64,000 nucleotides of DNA from Octopus vulgaris (lineage: Eukaryota): the NCBI GenBank assembly GCA_951406725.2, contig OX597817.1:21638001-21702000 (forward strand), in the 5' to 3' direction. Under the pieces are notes generated by a model. It saw only the letters and a list, made by a program, of their open reading frames with translations. It ran no database searches and was not told where the DNA came from. The position numbers and the translations under genes were made by a program. This document shows positions 16,105 through 29,553 of this stretch, piece by piece. How positions within the stretch are numbered: the stretch's first letter is position 1; every line of letters begins with the position of its first letter.

Positions 16105-16325
16105 AAGTGACTAACTGGCACATTCCTTAGCGCACCGGACAAAGCTTATCGGTATGTCTTATGTTGGGAATTCAGACGCCACCGATGTTACTTTTCCCTT
16201 TCATCCTTTGGGAGTCAATGAAACAGGTATCTGTTCAGGGAAGGGCTTGATGTAATCCACTCGCTCCCTGCCACACTATTCCTTGCACCTTGTCTCTTAT
16301 AAAAAAAAACAAAAACACATTATTA
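16105..16325 (+). mobile_element. Old family-M SINE
   Basis: CTGGCACATTCCTTAGCGCACCGGACAAA head and TTTTCATCCTTTGGGAGTCAATGAAA core. Confidence 0.6.
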
Positions 16326-17065
16326 TCATTCAAGAGTCAGGTTGAAATCCTAGACATTAGATATGTTAATTACGCCTCTCCGATTCTTTGCTCGATTGCC
16401 GGTTATGTGTTATAGTTAGGGACTTCGCAGCAAATTAAAAAATAAGCGCAACCATACAAACATAAAGAGCTGTATAACAACTATATAATGCGGTTCACGT
16501 CATATACATTAGAATTTTATATTTTCACAGCAGTAAAATGTGTCTATGTGGCCTTTATGTTTTGATGTTTTGACTTGTCTTCTATAATTTTATACTGAAA
16601 TGTTAACACGAACTTAATCAGTAGTTAAGTAATTCATAATGTCTAAAAGCGGAATACAAGGCATTACAGAACGTGTTTTGGAGACAATTTCAATAAATCT
16701 GAATCTTCTCCTTCAAAGATGATGCCTGTGCTTAACTGAGATGCATTAAGTAAGTATTTCTAAGGAAGAGAACTGCTTTTGAGTTAAACAGACAAGTTCA
16801 AATTAACAATAATTCTTCATAAAAAAGATTCTCCATTAATATTCCGATAATATTTATGCACATGAACCATTATCACGAAAATACTTTCCTTTTTTTTTTT
16901 TATTAACATGCACTAAAATCATACTGCAAAAATTATCTTAAATTTTGTGGTATGACTTTATTTCCGTAAATAAATGCATTGATAGCAGAATGAAGTGATA
17001 TGTGTGTGTGTGAGTGAGCGTGTGTGCGTGCGTATGTATAAATACATATATATATATCTATATGT

Positions 17066-17356
17066 GTGGAGGCACAATAGCCCAGTGGTTTGGGCAGCGA
17101 ACTCGTGGTCGTAGGATCACGGTTTCAAATCCCCGACCGGGCCTTGTGAGTGTTTATTGAGCGAAAACACCTAAAGCTCCACGAGGATCCGGCAGGGGTT
17201 TGTGGCAATCCTTGCTGTACTCTTTCGCCACAACTTTCTGTCACCCATTCTTCTGTTGGCCAGCTCGCTTAGCCAGCGTGGTGGCGTCATTTCAAGGCTA
17301 AAACAATGCGAAGCACATTGTGACATCTGATGGCCTGGTCAGTCACGTGATACGTG
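17066..17356 (+). mobile_element. tRNA-derived SINE family A with tail 1
   Basis: Head GGAGGCACAATAGCCCAGTGGTT...GGTTTCAAATCCC with A/B-box-like motifs; flanked by 12-bp direct repeat ATATCTATATGT. Confidence 0.9.
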
Positions 17357-18114
17357 ATATCTATATGTAGATATATGTGCAAATGATTGGAAAAGATTAA
17401 GCACTTAAACAATAGGGTACCGGCTCGGGTCTAAGTTAAAATGAAATGCATTCACAAGAAAGGTATACGAATACATGCAAGTGTACCAAAGTAGAAAGGT
17501 ATTCATGTTATGTATACAATTAATTGAACCCAACTACGTATATCAGAGCCCATTAGGCTAATCAAGACACGCACATTTTATTAAATATATAATCTATAAT
17601 ATACTTCGGATCACGCAAGGAGCGGTTTCCAATCGAGGTGAATCTTAAATACATAAAGAACAAATGAATAAAGTACCAATACTCTACAGCACGTTCCAAC
17701 GAATTTTTAATTGATTAATGGAGACATTACATCATTAACCCACATCATTTAGAAACATTAAGAATATCAGCGTCAAAGGCACGTTCATAATTCTACGAGT
17801 CTTGCTGGTCGCAGAATGAATTTGTTGGATCCGATGAGTACTATCATAACGGAAGACGACGCGATGTCAAGTGCTGGTAGGGGATACCTAAGATTTATAG
17901 CATCGATGAAGGTTAAATGAGTTAAGAGAGTGAATGCCAGGACGAGATGCTTCGCCCTCCGATCACACCCAGTGATATATTATTCTTCTGTTGTTTTATA
18001 TTTATATATTGGCGGGGCTCCAGCATGGTCACTGACTTTGGGTCGACACGTATACAAAAATAAAAGAATATCTATTATAGGCACACACATGTATACATTT
18101 ATAAATTTATATAA

Positions 18115-18830
18115 ATATATATGAGGATATTGTTGTTAATAATTTACAAAAATATCGGTGGATAGCATGCGCAAGAGAAACATAAAGGCAAAATTATTCA
18201 TTAATATTGAAGGATACAACTTGTAGCATCAGCACGCTAAAAAAGAAAACAGTCAAAATGACTCAAAACCACAGTTTTAACTTGTGCACGAGAGCGGAAT
18301 CGAGCGAACTGGCAGAACAATTTGAAGACCCCGGGCTATAGAGGAAATGAATCGAAAATGAATATCAAATATACCCGTTTCACAGTGATTTCAAACTTTG
18401 CGAATGATCACTGTGTTCGCGTCAGTGAGTAATACTGACCCACGGCCAAAACCATGCATCTGTTTTCCATGTGTTCAGTAATCAATTTTAATGAGGCAGC
18501 AAATTTAAAAATATGATCGAAGTGAGTAAACATTATTAAAAATATATAAAGATATTTCTGTTAATATATTACAATAATATCAGTCTCTAGCATGCGTAAA
18601 AGAAATATAAAGGCAAAATTATGAATTAATAATAAATTTCTGAAATCACTGTGATAGGGGTATGTTTGATTTTCGTTTTCCATACTTTTCGTCTGTTACG
18701 GGGACTTAATATTTTACTGCTCATTCCTTCGATTTCGCCCTTGTGTGGAAGTGAAAACTGTGGTCTTGAGTTGTTTTGACTGCTCTTTTTAGCATTCTGT
18801 TGCTACAAGTAGTAACCTTTCAAAATTAAT
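18115..18830. repeat. Combined direct plus inverted repeat (A-B-spacer-A-B')
   Basis: 18115-18206 repeats directly at 18541-18631; 18200-18393 repeats inverted at 18641-18830. Confidence 0.85.
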
Positions 18831-18864
18831 ATAACTTGATAGACACCCACACACAGATATATAC

Positions 18865-18905
<41 letters not shown>

Positions 18906-18908
<3 letters not shown>

Positions 18909-19136
18909 TTAGCGGCAATTATGCGGATAAATTCCCCCTATATTTGCTCACCTTGATCCCTCTAGTTGCCATCGTTTACCCCGTGGAATTAATCGCCTTT
19001 AAGGACAGCGGAATCTAAGTCTCAGTCGTTTGAGTACTATTAAGCGTCTCCTAGAATGAGAATCCTTGGATCTCATCTGTTGACTGAATATGGCCTAGGT
19101 TTATACTGGTCGAAACCTATCAAAGTTATCAATGTT
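18906..19136 (+). mobile_element. Short (TA)n-flanked element with degenerate hammerhead-like motif
   Basis: CTGAATA-T-GGCC...GGTC-GAAAC-CT-ATC at 19084-19121 resembles the CTGAAGATGGCC...GGCCGAAAC..GTC motif of Penelope-like elements. Confidence 0.45.
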
Positions 19137-19141
19137 TTATA

Positions 19142-19196
<55 letters not shown>

Positions 19197-19529
19197 GTGC
19201 GTGTGTGTGTTTATAGCATCATAAGCGTAAAGTATATTACAATATATTTTACATATATTTTATGAGCTCTGCATATTACGTTAAATAGTGTAGATAGATG
19301 ACCTGCTTACATATAAAACTGACAGAGAAAACTAAGTCCTAAACCAGCCTGTTCCTGATAGACTTGAACAGCATATTGTGTGTGGAAACACACAGCAGAC
19401 TGTCGACCTTTCATATGAATATCTCCCAGCATTTATGTATATATATTTATATATATATATATATATATATGTCTGTATGTATGTATATATGTATATATAT
19501 ACATAGATATTGGCATATAAATATAAGTC

Positions 19530-19560
<31 letters not shown>

Positions 19561-22342
19561 ACATATATATATAATTATATGTATATAAATATACATATAT
19601 TTGTGTGCGCGTGTGTGTGTTCATCGAGAATTTGTGTGTCCGTCTCCTTAAACATATGAGCTTGTCTATATCACTGTGGGCGTACATTCGCCGCCAACCG
19701 TGTCAAACATACAATATTTACATATTTAGAAATTTACATGATGGGTAAAATTTTTAACTATTCCTTAACACATTCAATTCATTTTAACATCAGTTGTTTA
19801 TTAGTTGATGATTTTTCTGTTCTATTTTATTCATTTTATATTTTGTAAAGCAAAAGCAGCATAATTCGTTGCGATAAAAAAAAATTGAACATTTGATAAA
19901 ATATTGAAAATAATGTGTTCTAATAATATATTAAAGACGAAACAGCAAAAATATATAAATATTCGCTTTTAATATCAAGGCAAATATATTGATCAACTTC
20001 CTTATAGTATTTGTTGAAGATTTAGAAGTGAAAATATCAAATAAAAATTACGAAAACAACATTCAGCAAAGCTATTCAAAGATAATGACGAAAAAAATAA
20101 AGGTTGGAAAGAAAATGTAAAGTAAAAGAAAAATCAACATATCTTTGTGATTTGTTATGAAAATAAAGAAAAATTCAACAAAATTCAGGAGATGAGAGAA
20201 AATGACTAGAAAAAATGCGAGTAATGTATAGTTTTTGCTCGAATATCAACGAATGTTACGAAATATTGTTCTTTGTTGAGCGTAAAAAAATAAGACTATA
20301 ACTGGAACCACTTTCTTCTGCCTAATTAGATGTCGCTTTGAATCCTGCAGGAAATAGCACAGAAAATTGCCTCAAACATATAAACGAACCTGCATTTGTA
20401 CTCGACATAACGATTTTTTTTTTTAGAAATATGAAAAAAAAAGAAAAAAACATTAGCTAAGTAAAAAGGAAAAAAAAAACACTAGAAAGGTATTAAGACG
20501 GAGAGAGAAATGAATAAAAGAGAAAGTGAAATCAAAGAATATTAGAAACAGCGGAAATTGTAGAGGAAGAGAGGGACTGAAACAAGGAAAATCAAAGCAA
20601 TATAGAAGTAAGCAAATTGCGTTCAGTTGAAGAAACAGGTGTGGAAGAAATACTTTTCCTAAACGTCAGATCAGAAAACGAGTAAGAGAGTATTGGACGC
20701 AGTGGCAGAAAATTTACAAACGAGATGAAAGAATGATAATGTGTTTGCTATGTTTTAATGGGCTGTTTCGTCTTTCTGATAAAACGCATTAAAATGAATG
20801 TATTGATGCAAGAAATACCGAAGAACCAATGTTGCTGAATAGGAAACATTTATTTAATGTTAGTTGTAAACTACCAGCAAATAATACAACACAGACTACG
20901 GAATGAAAATAACGTTAAATGATATTTGTGGTAATATCGGGTGTGCAAGAATGTATTTATAGGATGTAAATTCCTTTAGAGGAAAGCAGAAAATTAGACA
21001 GAAAATAAACAAAAGCTAATGGAATGTGATAATTGATTTCGTTATTTAGTCAGGGGAGAAGTGGCATCGAAATTCTTTGCATGCTACTCTGCAGTCTGGT
21101 GATGTCGACGCGAGCAATGTTCACTTTCGACGATTGTAGATCATAAGTTTTAAATCTGGAGCAACAAATGTAGAGTGGGTTTTGAGGGTTATACTCGTAT
21201 CTATACAAAAGAAGTACTGGCAGCCGCAATTCGTTTTTGTTCCGTTTCGAGCTCATATCAACACTGATCGTGCTAACTTATCATGAAATATGTTCCCCCC
21301 TATGACAATCATATCTAAAATTTCGCGTTGTGTTCAGATATAGTGTAATCATGACTATAATATCTAACACGCCACTATCACCTCTTAGGACTGTATAAAG
21401 TGATTTTTTTAAAAATGTAGTTATTTTCTCCAAATAATTTAGACGACAGTAATTAGGGACCCTCCTATATGTACACTTGGGTGTCAAATGATAAGGTTGT
21501 TATTGTGATAAAAGGAGAGACGTGTAAGAAAAATAAATATCAAGGACAATCGTTATCACATCTTCTTGAGTAAAGCAGTATTCTCCCATACTGTTCGAGG
21601 TGTGGATGAAAGAGACATATCCGATTTGCTACAGCGTAGTGAGTACATCAGTGAGAATTGCATACAGTGTCTGCAGGGAATATATTTCCATTTTCGCTAG
21701 TGACTATACGTGCAAATCTTTGCGGGGTTTATTCACCTTCTGCATAGAGCAGTCAATTATATTTCAAGTAACGCTGTAGCATAACTGGTAGTGGGAAAGT
21801 CAGGCCGAAACCTTTCGATCGTAATCCTCGGATAGGACCGACTCTTTGGTAAACACAACAAACATCATTTCAAGAGGCAACCAAATTTAGCTTCTTAAAT
21901 GTATTACTAAACCAATTATGATAAGCAATATGACAATGAAATGATACGCTAAATACTTCAAGGTACTTGGTTATATACTTAGTGTTTCATATTATTTATT
22001 GGTTAACGTTTGAGTAACTGTTGCTACTGTCATATAAGTAATATTCCTCTCATCGTATTACAAATATATTCCTTAATAAATGTGGACTCTGATATATATA
22101 TATAAGTAGTTGAATGAATTATCTTAGTATGGATAATTCGGTTAACCGATACCTGGGTAGCAAATTCACGTCAGAAAAACACGGTTGAAGCTACATGCGA
22201 AGGGCAGAGATCATGAGTTTCCGTGTGGAAATTTGTCTTTTTTTAATACAAATAAATGAAAGAATGGATTTGAACGACGATTTAACAAAATTTGTCGAGA
22301 ATAAAGGAATTTTGTTAAATCGTCGTTCAAATCCATTCTTTC

Positions 22343-22410
<68 letters not shown>

Positions 22411-22414
<4 letters not shown>

Positions 22415-22590
22415 GGAATTTACAAAAACATAAAAGATAAAGACAGGTGTCTGTATTAATTTAATGTTCGAGAAAATGAAAAAGTCTTTTACGTTTCGAG
22501 CCTACGCTCATCAACAGAAAGGAAGACGAGAAAATGAACAGAGAGAGAATAAAAAAGCTTTAGTGCCTAGAGATCAATCTCAGGCCTATA
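22411..22590 (-). mobile_element. (TA)n-anchored short element with hammerhead-like core (family H1)
   Basis: Minus strand CTGTTGA-T-GAGC-GTAG-GCTC-GAAACGTAA; homologous to 38575-38785. Confidence 0.6.
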
Positions 22591-23004
22591 TAGGCAACAT
22601 AAAAAACGCATTCCCTTCATCAGTTTCCCGCTGTTATCTTCGAAACGCGTACTAGATAAAATATGGGACAACTGATGAAGGGGATGTTGTTTATGTGGCC
22701 TATCTCGTTTCTCTATTTGCTTCATTTTTTTATGCAAAAAAATATTAATTTTGTATGTTTTTGTTTTTTATGTTCTCGTTTCTCATTTTGTCGAGGTTTT
22801 TTGTCCTGTGCCCATATATGCATGTATATATACATATATATGTAGGTATGCACATATATGTATGGATATATGAAATATTTATATTTTATTTATATTGTTA
22901 TATGATCGAATCGCCACACATCCACTTTCAATCAAGTATATTTCAATATATATTATATATATACATATATATATATACAAATACAATTATATATATGGCG
23001 CTAG

Positions 23005-23560
<556 letters not shown>

Positions 23561-23854
23561 ACATTGCTGATTAAAAAATATCTATATTTATACTTTAAAG
23601 TTGGTCTTCACACCCAACCCAGTTCTGCAGAATGAATGTTGCGATGGGAGCGCATGGGTTGCGAATTTGATCGGCAGAGGTGATCAGGTTGCACATGTCA
23701 GCCCTTAGAAAACACCACCCCATTATCTAACGCCCTTTTGCCCATGGCTGGGGAATCCTTCCAGCAAAGAAAATAGAATGCCCAGAAGGGCTCACGGTCC
23801 TCTGTGTCAGACGCGGTTACGTTCAGATCACAACTAAGTCTTAAGTGTATATAG

Positions 23855-23986
<132 letters not shown>

Positions 23987-24284
23987 GTACGTATGTACAC
24001 CTATTACATAATTGTCTTTTTGTACGCATACATGTTCGTGTGTGTGTGCGTTGCCCATATATCGACACAACTTACTCGTTGCTAGAACGGGACTTAACTC
24101 CTGTTGTAAACAATGGTCAATTTCTTCGACTTGAAAATTGTTAAAAGTTTTGGTTGAAAATTTACTTTTACCGCAATTCGTCTAGGGAAAAGAAGTTCAC
24201 GAAAATTCAGCTGTCATGAGGAATGTCCTCCTAAAATAGGAGTGACATGCGTGCTAATTTGTGGACGTGCATAAATCACATTCA

Positions 24285-24321
<37 letters not shown>

Positions 24322-24354
24322 CCTGCATTTTATATATATATACAGATATATATG

Positions 24355-24518
24355 TAAGACTGCTTCTTTCAGTTTCACTCTACCAGATCCACTCACGAGG
24401 CTTTGGGGTGGTCCGAGGCTATAGTAGAGGACACTTCGTCTAGTTGCCACACAGTGGGACTGAGTCCGGAAACATGTAGTTCGAAAGCAAGCTACTTAAC
24501 ACACACCCACGTCAGCGC
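24355..24518 (-). mobile_element. Family-C (CORE-type) SINE, 5' half
   Basis: Reverse complement matches 46146-46300. Confidence 0.8.
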
Positions 24519-24618
24519 ATATGTTTATTAATTTGTATTAGACATTAAATATGGTCTACGTTGTCCTAACGTTGTAACGTTACCCTGAAATCACCAAGTA
24601 ATTATATATATACACACG

Positions 24619-25037
<419 letters not shown>

Positions 25038-25604
25038 ATTTATATGTATGAATGTGTATATATATGTAAAGTAGATAGGTGGTTATTTTTTCTCAGGACT
25101 CCTCTAAATTTGTGAAGTGTCAGACAATATAAACGGTGAAAGAATGTAGGATGTTTCATTTGTTTAGAGAACAAGTGAAGTAGCTTCGCTCTCAATTATT
25201 TTTCTCATTATGAGAAAAACAATATTCTGAAGTCTGCAGGTGTGCTTTTAAATATGAATGTCTAGTGGGGAAAATCCGTAGTAGTATACATTGAATGTCG
25301 GTTTGAGAAAGTAGCGTTTGTATTTAAGAAGAGAATCATTAAAAGTGACCAATTAGTATACGGAAGAACTGCTTTCTTCTCTTTGAAGTGTGTTGTGAAG
25401 TTTATTACACTGAAACATGTGTAGCTCTACTATGTTTTCTTCCCAAATATTTCTAGGCAATTGATTATAATGCATTCTACACACACAAAGAAACATTACC
25501 AAACATATGGACACATTCCTACAATCGACACACCCACAGACATTTGCATACATCACACACACTTACGCGAATATATATATATATATATATATATGAATAC
25601 ATAC

Positions 25605-25659
<55 letters not shown>

Positions 25660-25666
25660 CATATAT

Positions 25667-25723
<57 letters not shown>

Positions 25724-26204
25724 CAGATACATACATACGTGCATACATATATATGTGTGTGTGGGGTGGATATATTGTAGTTATAAATATAACTACGGTG
25801 TGTGAGTGTGTGAGTCCGTTTGCAGGTGGGAGCGTAGTCAACACACCCTTCAAATCATCATTTGAATGTGTGTGTGTGAGTGCGTGTATTTGTGTGTGTG
25901 TTAGTATGTATTTTACACAAAAATATCTGAGTATAAGTTAAGAAATGTTGCATATATTTTGAAATTCATAATATATCACGATATTTTAAGTTATACTCAT
26001 TGCAACTATGCCGAAATCTATACTGCAATATAGGACAATGAAAAAATCTGATATAGCATATTAACTAAGGACGCCGTTTACTATCTGTGTGGTTATCTCT
26101 TAGCGAACAAATAGAAATTAATTGTGGTCTATAAATATTATTTCACTGAGTAAGGGATTCGAGCACGCTAAAATCTAACCATCAGCAAACTATTACAGCA
26201 GGAG

Positions 26205-26705
26205 TGGAGGAGCAATGGCCCAGTGGTTAGGGCAGCGGAATCGCGGTTGTAAGAAAGCAGTTTCGATTCCCGGACTGGGCATTGTGAGTGTTTATTGAGC
26301 AAAAACACCTAAGCTCCACGAGGCTCCGGCGAAGTTGGGTATGACCCCGCTGTACTCTTTCACCACAACTTTCTCTCATTCCTTCTTCTTACTTCTGCCA
26401 CAAAGCAGAGGAACCATGGTGTGGTAAACTTTCAGACCCTAGTCTAGATTGCGAATCCTCTGTACCCCAGGATGGTTCAGCTCTCCACCCGTTAAAAGTC
26501 ACCGTTTACGGAATGAGGATAACAACGTAGCTTTTGCGCCCGTGCAATCACCAGTCTATCGCGTCTGGTGGGTGGATCGCGTCTGGTGGGTGGATCTGGT
26601 GTGGGTCACACGCATTCTTAGTAGTTTAGAGTAGGCTCGAATTAGAGATTATTCTTTGTGGTTAATGATGTGAGTCCTGATTGGAAGAAGAAGAAGAAGA
26701 AGACA
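26205..26705 (+). mobile_element. SINE family A with tail 3 ending in (GAA)n
   Basis: Family-A head and body to about 26390, then unrelated sequence ending GGAAGAAGAAGAAGAAGAAGAC; whole unit bounded by 10-bp direct repeat ACAGCAGGAG. Confidence 0.85.
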
Positions 26706-27117
26706 ACAGCAGGAGATTTTTGGTTCGACTAATGCAACTGATATCACTTTAAATTTTCAATTTGAGAACATATTACGGTCACTATAGCGCTTGACGTTCT
26801 TTTTCGAACTAATATAAAGAAATACACACAAAAACAGAAATAGAAAAAGCATTTTGAAAAATATATGCTCATCCAATTGTGCATATATTTTTGTCCATGA
26901 AACAATCATGATACCCGTAAATATACAAGGATAAACGTGTGTGTATATAAATATATATGTGTGAGTGTAAATGCAAAATCTCGATGTACGCAGTTAAAAC
27001 AATGCTATATTAAAAATAATCACCCGTCTATCGTAGTAAATATATATATATATATGTAGAAATCATGTTGTTATGGAATGTCTAAGATGGGCTATCGTCG
27101 TTTTGTTTTTAAAATAC

Positions 27118-27597
27118 CTATTTCTTTACTACCCACAAGGGGGTAAACACAGAGGGGACAAGCAAGGACAGACAAACGGATTAAGTCGATTACATTGACC
27201 CCAGTGCTCAACTGGTACTTAATTTATCGACCCCGAAAGAATGAAAGGCAAAGTCGACCTCGGCGGAATTTGAACTCAGGACGTAACGGCAGCCGAAATA
27301 CCGCTAAGCATTTCGCCCGACGTGCTAACAATTCTGCTAGCTCGCCGCCTTTGTTTTTAAAATACCTATTTCTTTATTACCCACAAGGGGCTAAGCACAG
27401 AGGGGACAAACAAGGACAGACATAGGTATTAAGTCGATTACATCGACCCCAGTGCGAAACTGGTACTTAATTTATCGACCCCGAAAGGATGAAAGGCAAA
27501 GTCGACCTCGGCGGGATTTGAACTCAGAACGTAACGACAGCCGAAATACCACTAAGCATTTCGCCCGACGTGCTAACAATTCTGCTAGCTCGCCGCC
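27118..27597 (-). mobile_element. Tandem pair of full-length family-M SINEs (tRNA-like head, Meta/MESC-like core, Tx1-like tail)
   Basis: Two copies (27118-27349, 27366-27597); minus strand GGCGGCGAGCTAGCAGAATTGTTAGCACG...GAGTTCAAAT...GACTTTGCCTTTCATCCTTTCGGGGTCGATAAATTAAGTACCAG. The core name is from memory of the motif. Confidence 0.92.
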
Positions 27598-28547
27598 TTT
27601 GTTTTTAAAATACTGTAACGGGATGAACACCGTTAGTGGAGTTACTCACGGGAATGGTAGACGTATTTTGCATTCCAAATCCTTACCGCTATACACACAC
27701 ACATACATATATTTATATATAGCTTATTGAATTTGTACGAATACAGTTTCATATAGATTGTGATAAATAAATGCAAGTTTATAGAAAAGATTTTAAATTA
27801 CAGGGCACTGGTAAATCACACGTTTTGCACACTTTCGTTTTGGAGGGAAATACTGTTGAGACTGAAATACCGTTTGCAATTCGACAATAATATGTAATTA
27901 TGTAGACGGAAAGATAATGTACCCACCCAGGTATAACATACAGATATGTGTGTGCATGTCTATTATACATGTACATACATATATGTATATGTGTGTGTGT
28001 GTGCATGTCTCTATGTAAGTCTGTATTGAAGTATATGTATATACATATGAAAATGCATGTGTATACATATCTGAATATAGGTTTGTATATGCGTGTGTAT
28101 GTGAGTCTCCGTGTGTGTATGTGAGTCTGTGTATGTGTGTGTGGGGTGTGTATGTGCGTGTGTGTGTGTGTGTGTGTTAATATGTATTTGTATGTATATG
28201 CGTTTAAATTATTGGTTTAGTAATATATCCATTCAGATGCCTGGTAGTTTTGTAAACTTAATTTCAGTGCTTAGCTAACTAATGCAATAAATATTAGACT
28301 TTCTGTGCTGTAATACACTTAGTGTACTGATATGCATGCACCGATCAAAATTTATGAGTATCTATGATAAAATTGCTATCTATACCCACTGCTTCTCGTA
28401 AATATATTCAGTTTGTCTCGTTATATCGCATGCTCTTACACAGACACACACACACTCATCCATTCACACAAGCATTTTCCCATTTTACTCTCCCCCCCTC
28501 TTTATATTTATGTAATTTTGTCTTTATTTTTCTTTTTTGAAATACAG

Positions 28548-28577
28548 AATCACTTATGAATTCTCATAATTCATCAG
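28548..28577 (+). CDS. Candidate 30-nt phase-1/1 microexon of the Ig gene (xSLMNSHNSS)
   Basis: Long T-rich tract ending AATACAG, 30 nt, then CAG|GTGTGAGT; splices in frame without a stop to 32682. Confidence 0.35.
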
Positions 28578-28890
28578 GTGTGAGTTCATTTACAGTTTAA
28601 GTGTTTTGCTCTGTTTCGAGAGCTATAATTCCACATCGCATACTCTATTATTCTATATGCGTTGGATTAGTATTGGTTATTACATGACATGTAGAGCAAA
28701 GCATATCCGCAACAGCCAACATCGCTCCCCCACGTTCTGTTTTATTGTTCAATAGCTTAAAATGTACGTGAGCAGTAACCCCGACGAAATCTTTGTAATT
28801 TGTTTATGGATGAACAGACATATAATTAGAATCTGTGTAGTTTAAATTACAAGATATACACACGCACGTACACACACACACACACACACT

Positions 28891-28977
<87 letters not shown>

Positions 28978-29044
28978 ACCAACCCATATATATATATATA
29001 TATATCCACAAAGCAAGAAGTTCAACTTCAGCATGTCGAATATA

Positions 29045-29200
29045 TATAGTTAATTCTTTAAAAATACAGAAAAAAAGATAAAAAATAACAACGTGAGGAC
29101 GTGGTACATGCAACGTATTAATAAGTCGCTCGGAAAAGGAAAGAGTGGTTCTTTTACGTCTCCAGGAAATCTCTTCTTCGGAAACAGGAGAGATAGGATA
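29045..29200 (-). mobile_element. (TA)n-anchored short element, family H2, diverged
   Basis: Colinear with the reverse complement of 51120-51272; core decayed to CCGAAGAAGAG...GAGACGTAA. Confidence 0.55.
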
Positions 29201-29488
29201 GATATTATGGTGGCTGATTTGAAAAACTGATTATGCTGCTCGAGATTATAGGTGTTTTTCTTTGAGTGATTAGACTTACGATGAAATACGTTCTAAATGT
29301 GACCATACTACATATGGGAATATTCCCCATTTTGAGATACAGTGTCTGTACCATCGCAATATTCAATGCTTGATTTCGTTCTTTCTTAGAAAGCTGGTGA
29401 ACATGGTATTTCATAAGGCGTGCCAATCTCCTGAACGAATGTACATGTTTGCAGACACACACACAGGGACAAACACACGCACATGTAT

Positions 29489-29553
<65 letters not shown>

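Noticed and set aside
21020-21160. APE-endonuclease-like words (IDFVI...KW.RNSL...DHK)
   Set aside because: Pieces fall in different frames and there is no adjacent RT sequence.
23600-23845. GC-richer segment, possible RTE 3' end on the minus strand (DTEDREPFW)
   Set aside because: Only a faint DRxxW resemblance and a single copy in the window; not classifiable.
27102-27613. Three regularly spaced 16-bp repeats resembling a CRISPR array
   Set aside because: The spacers are two copies of the same SINE, the repeats are TSDs, and the context is eukaryotic with no cas genes.
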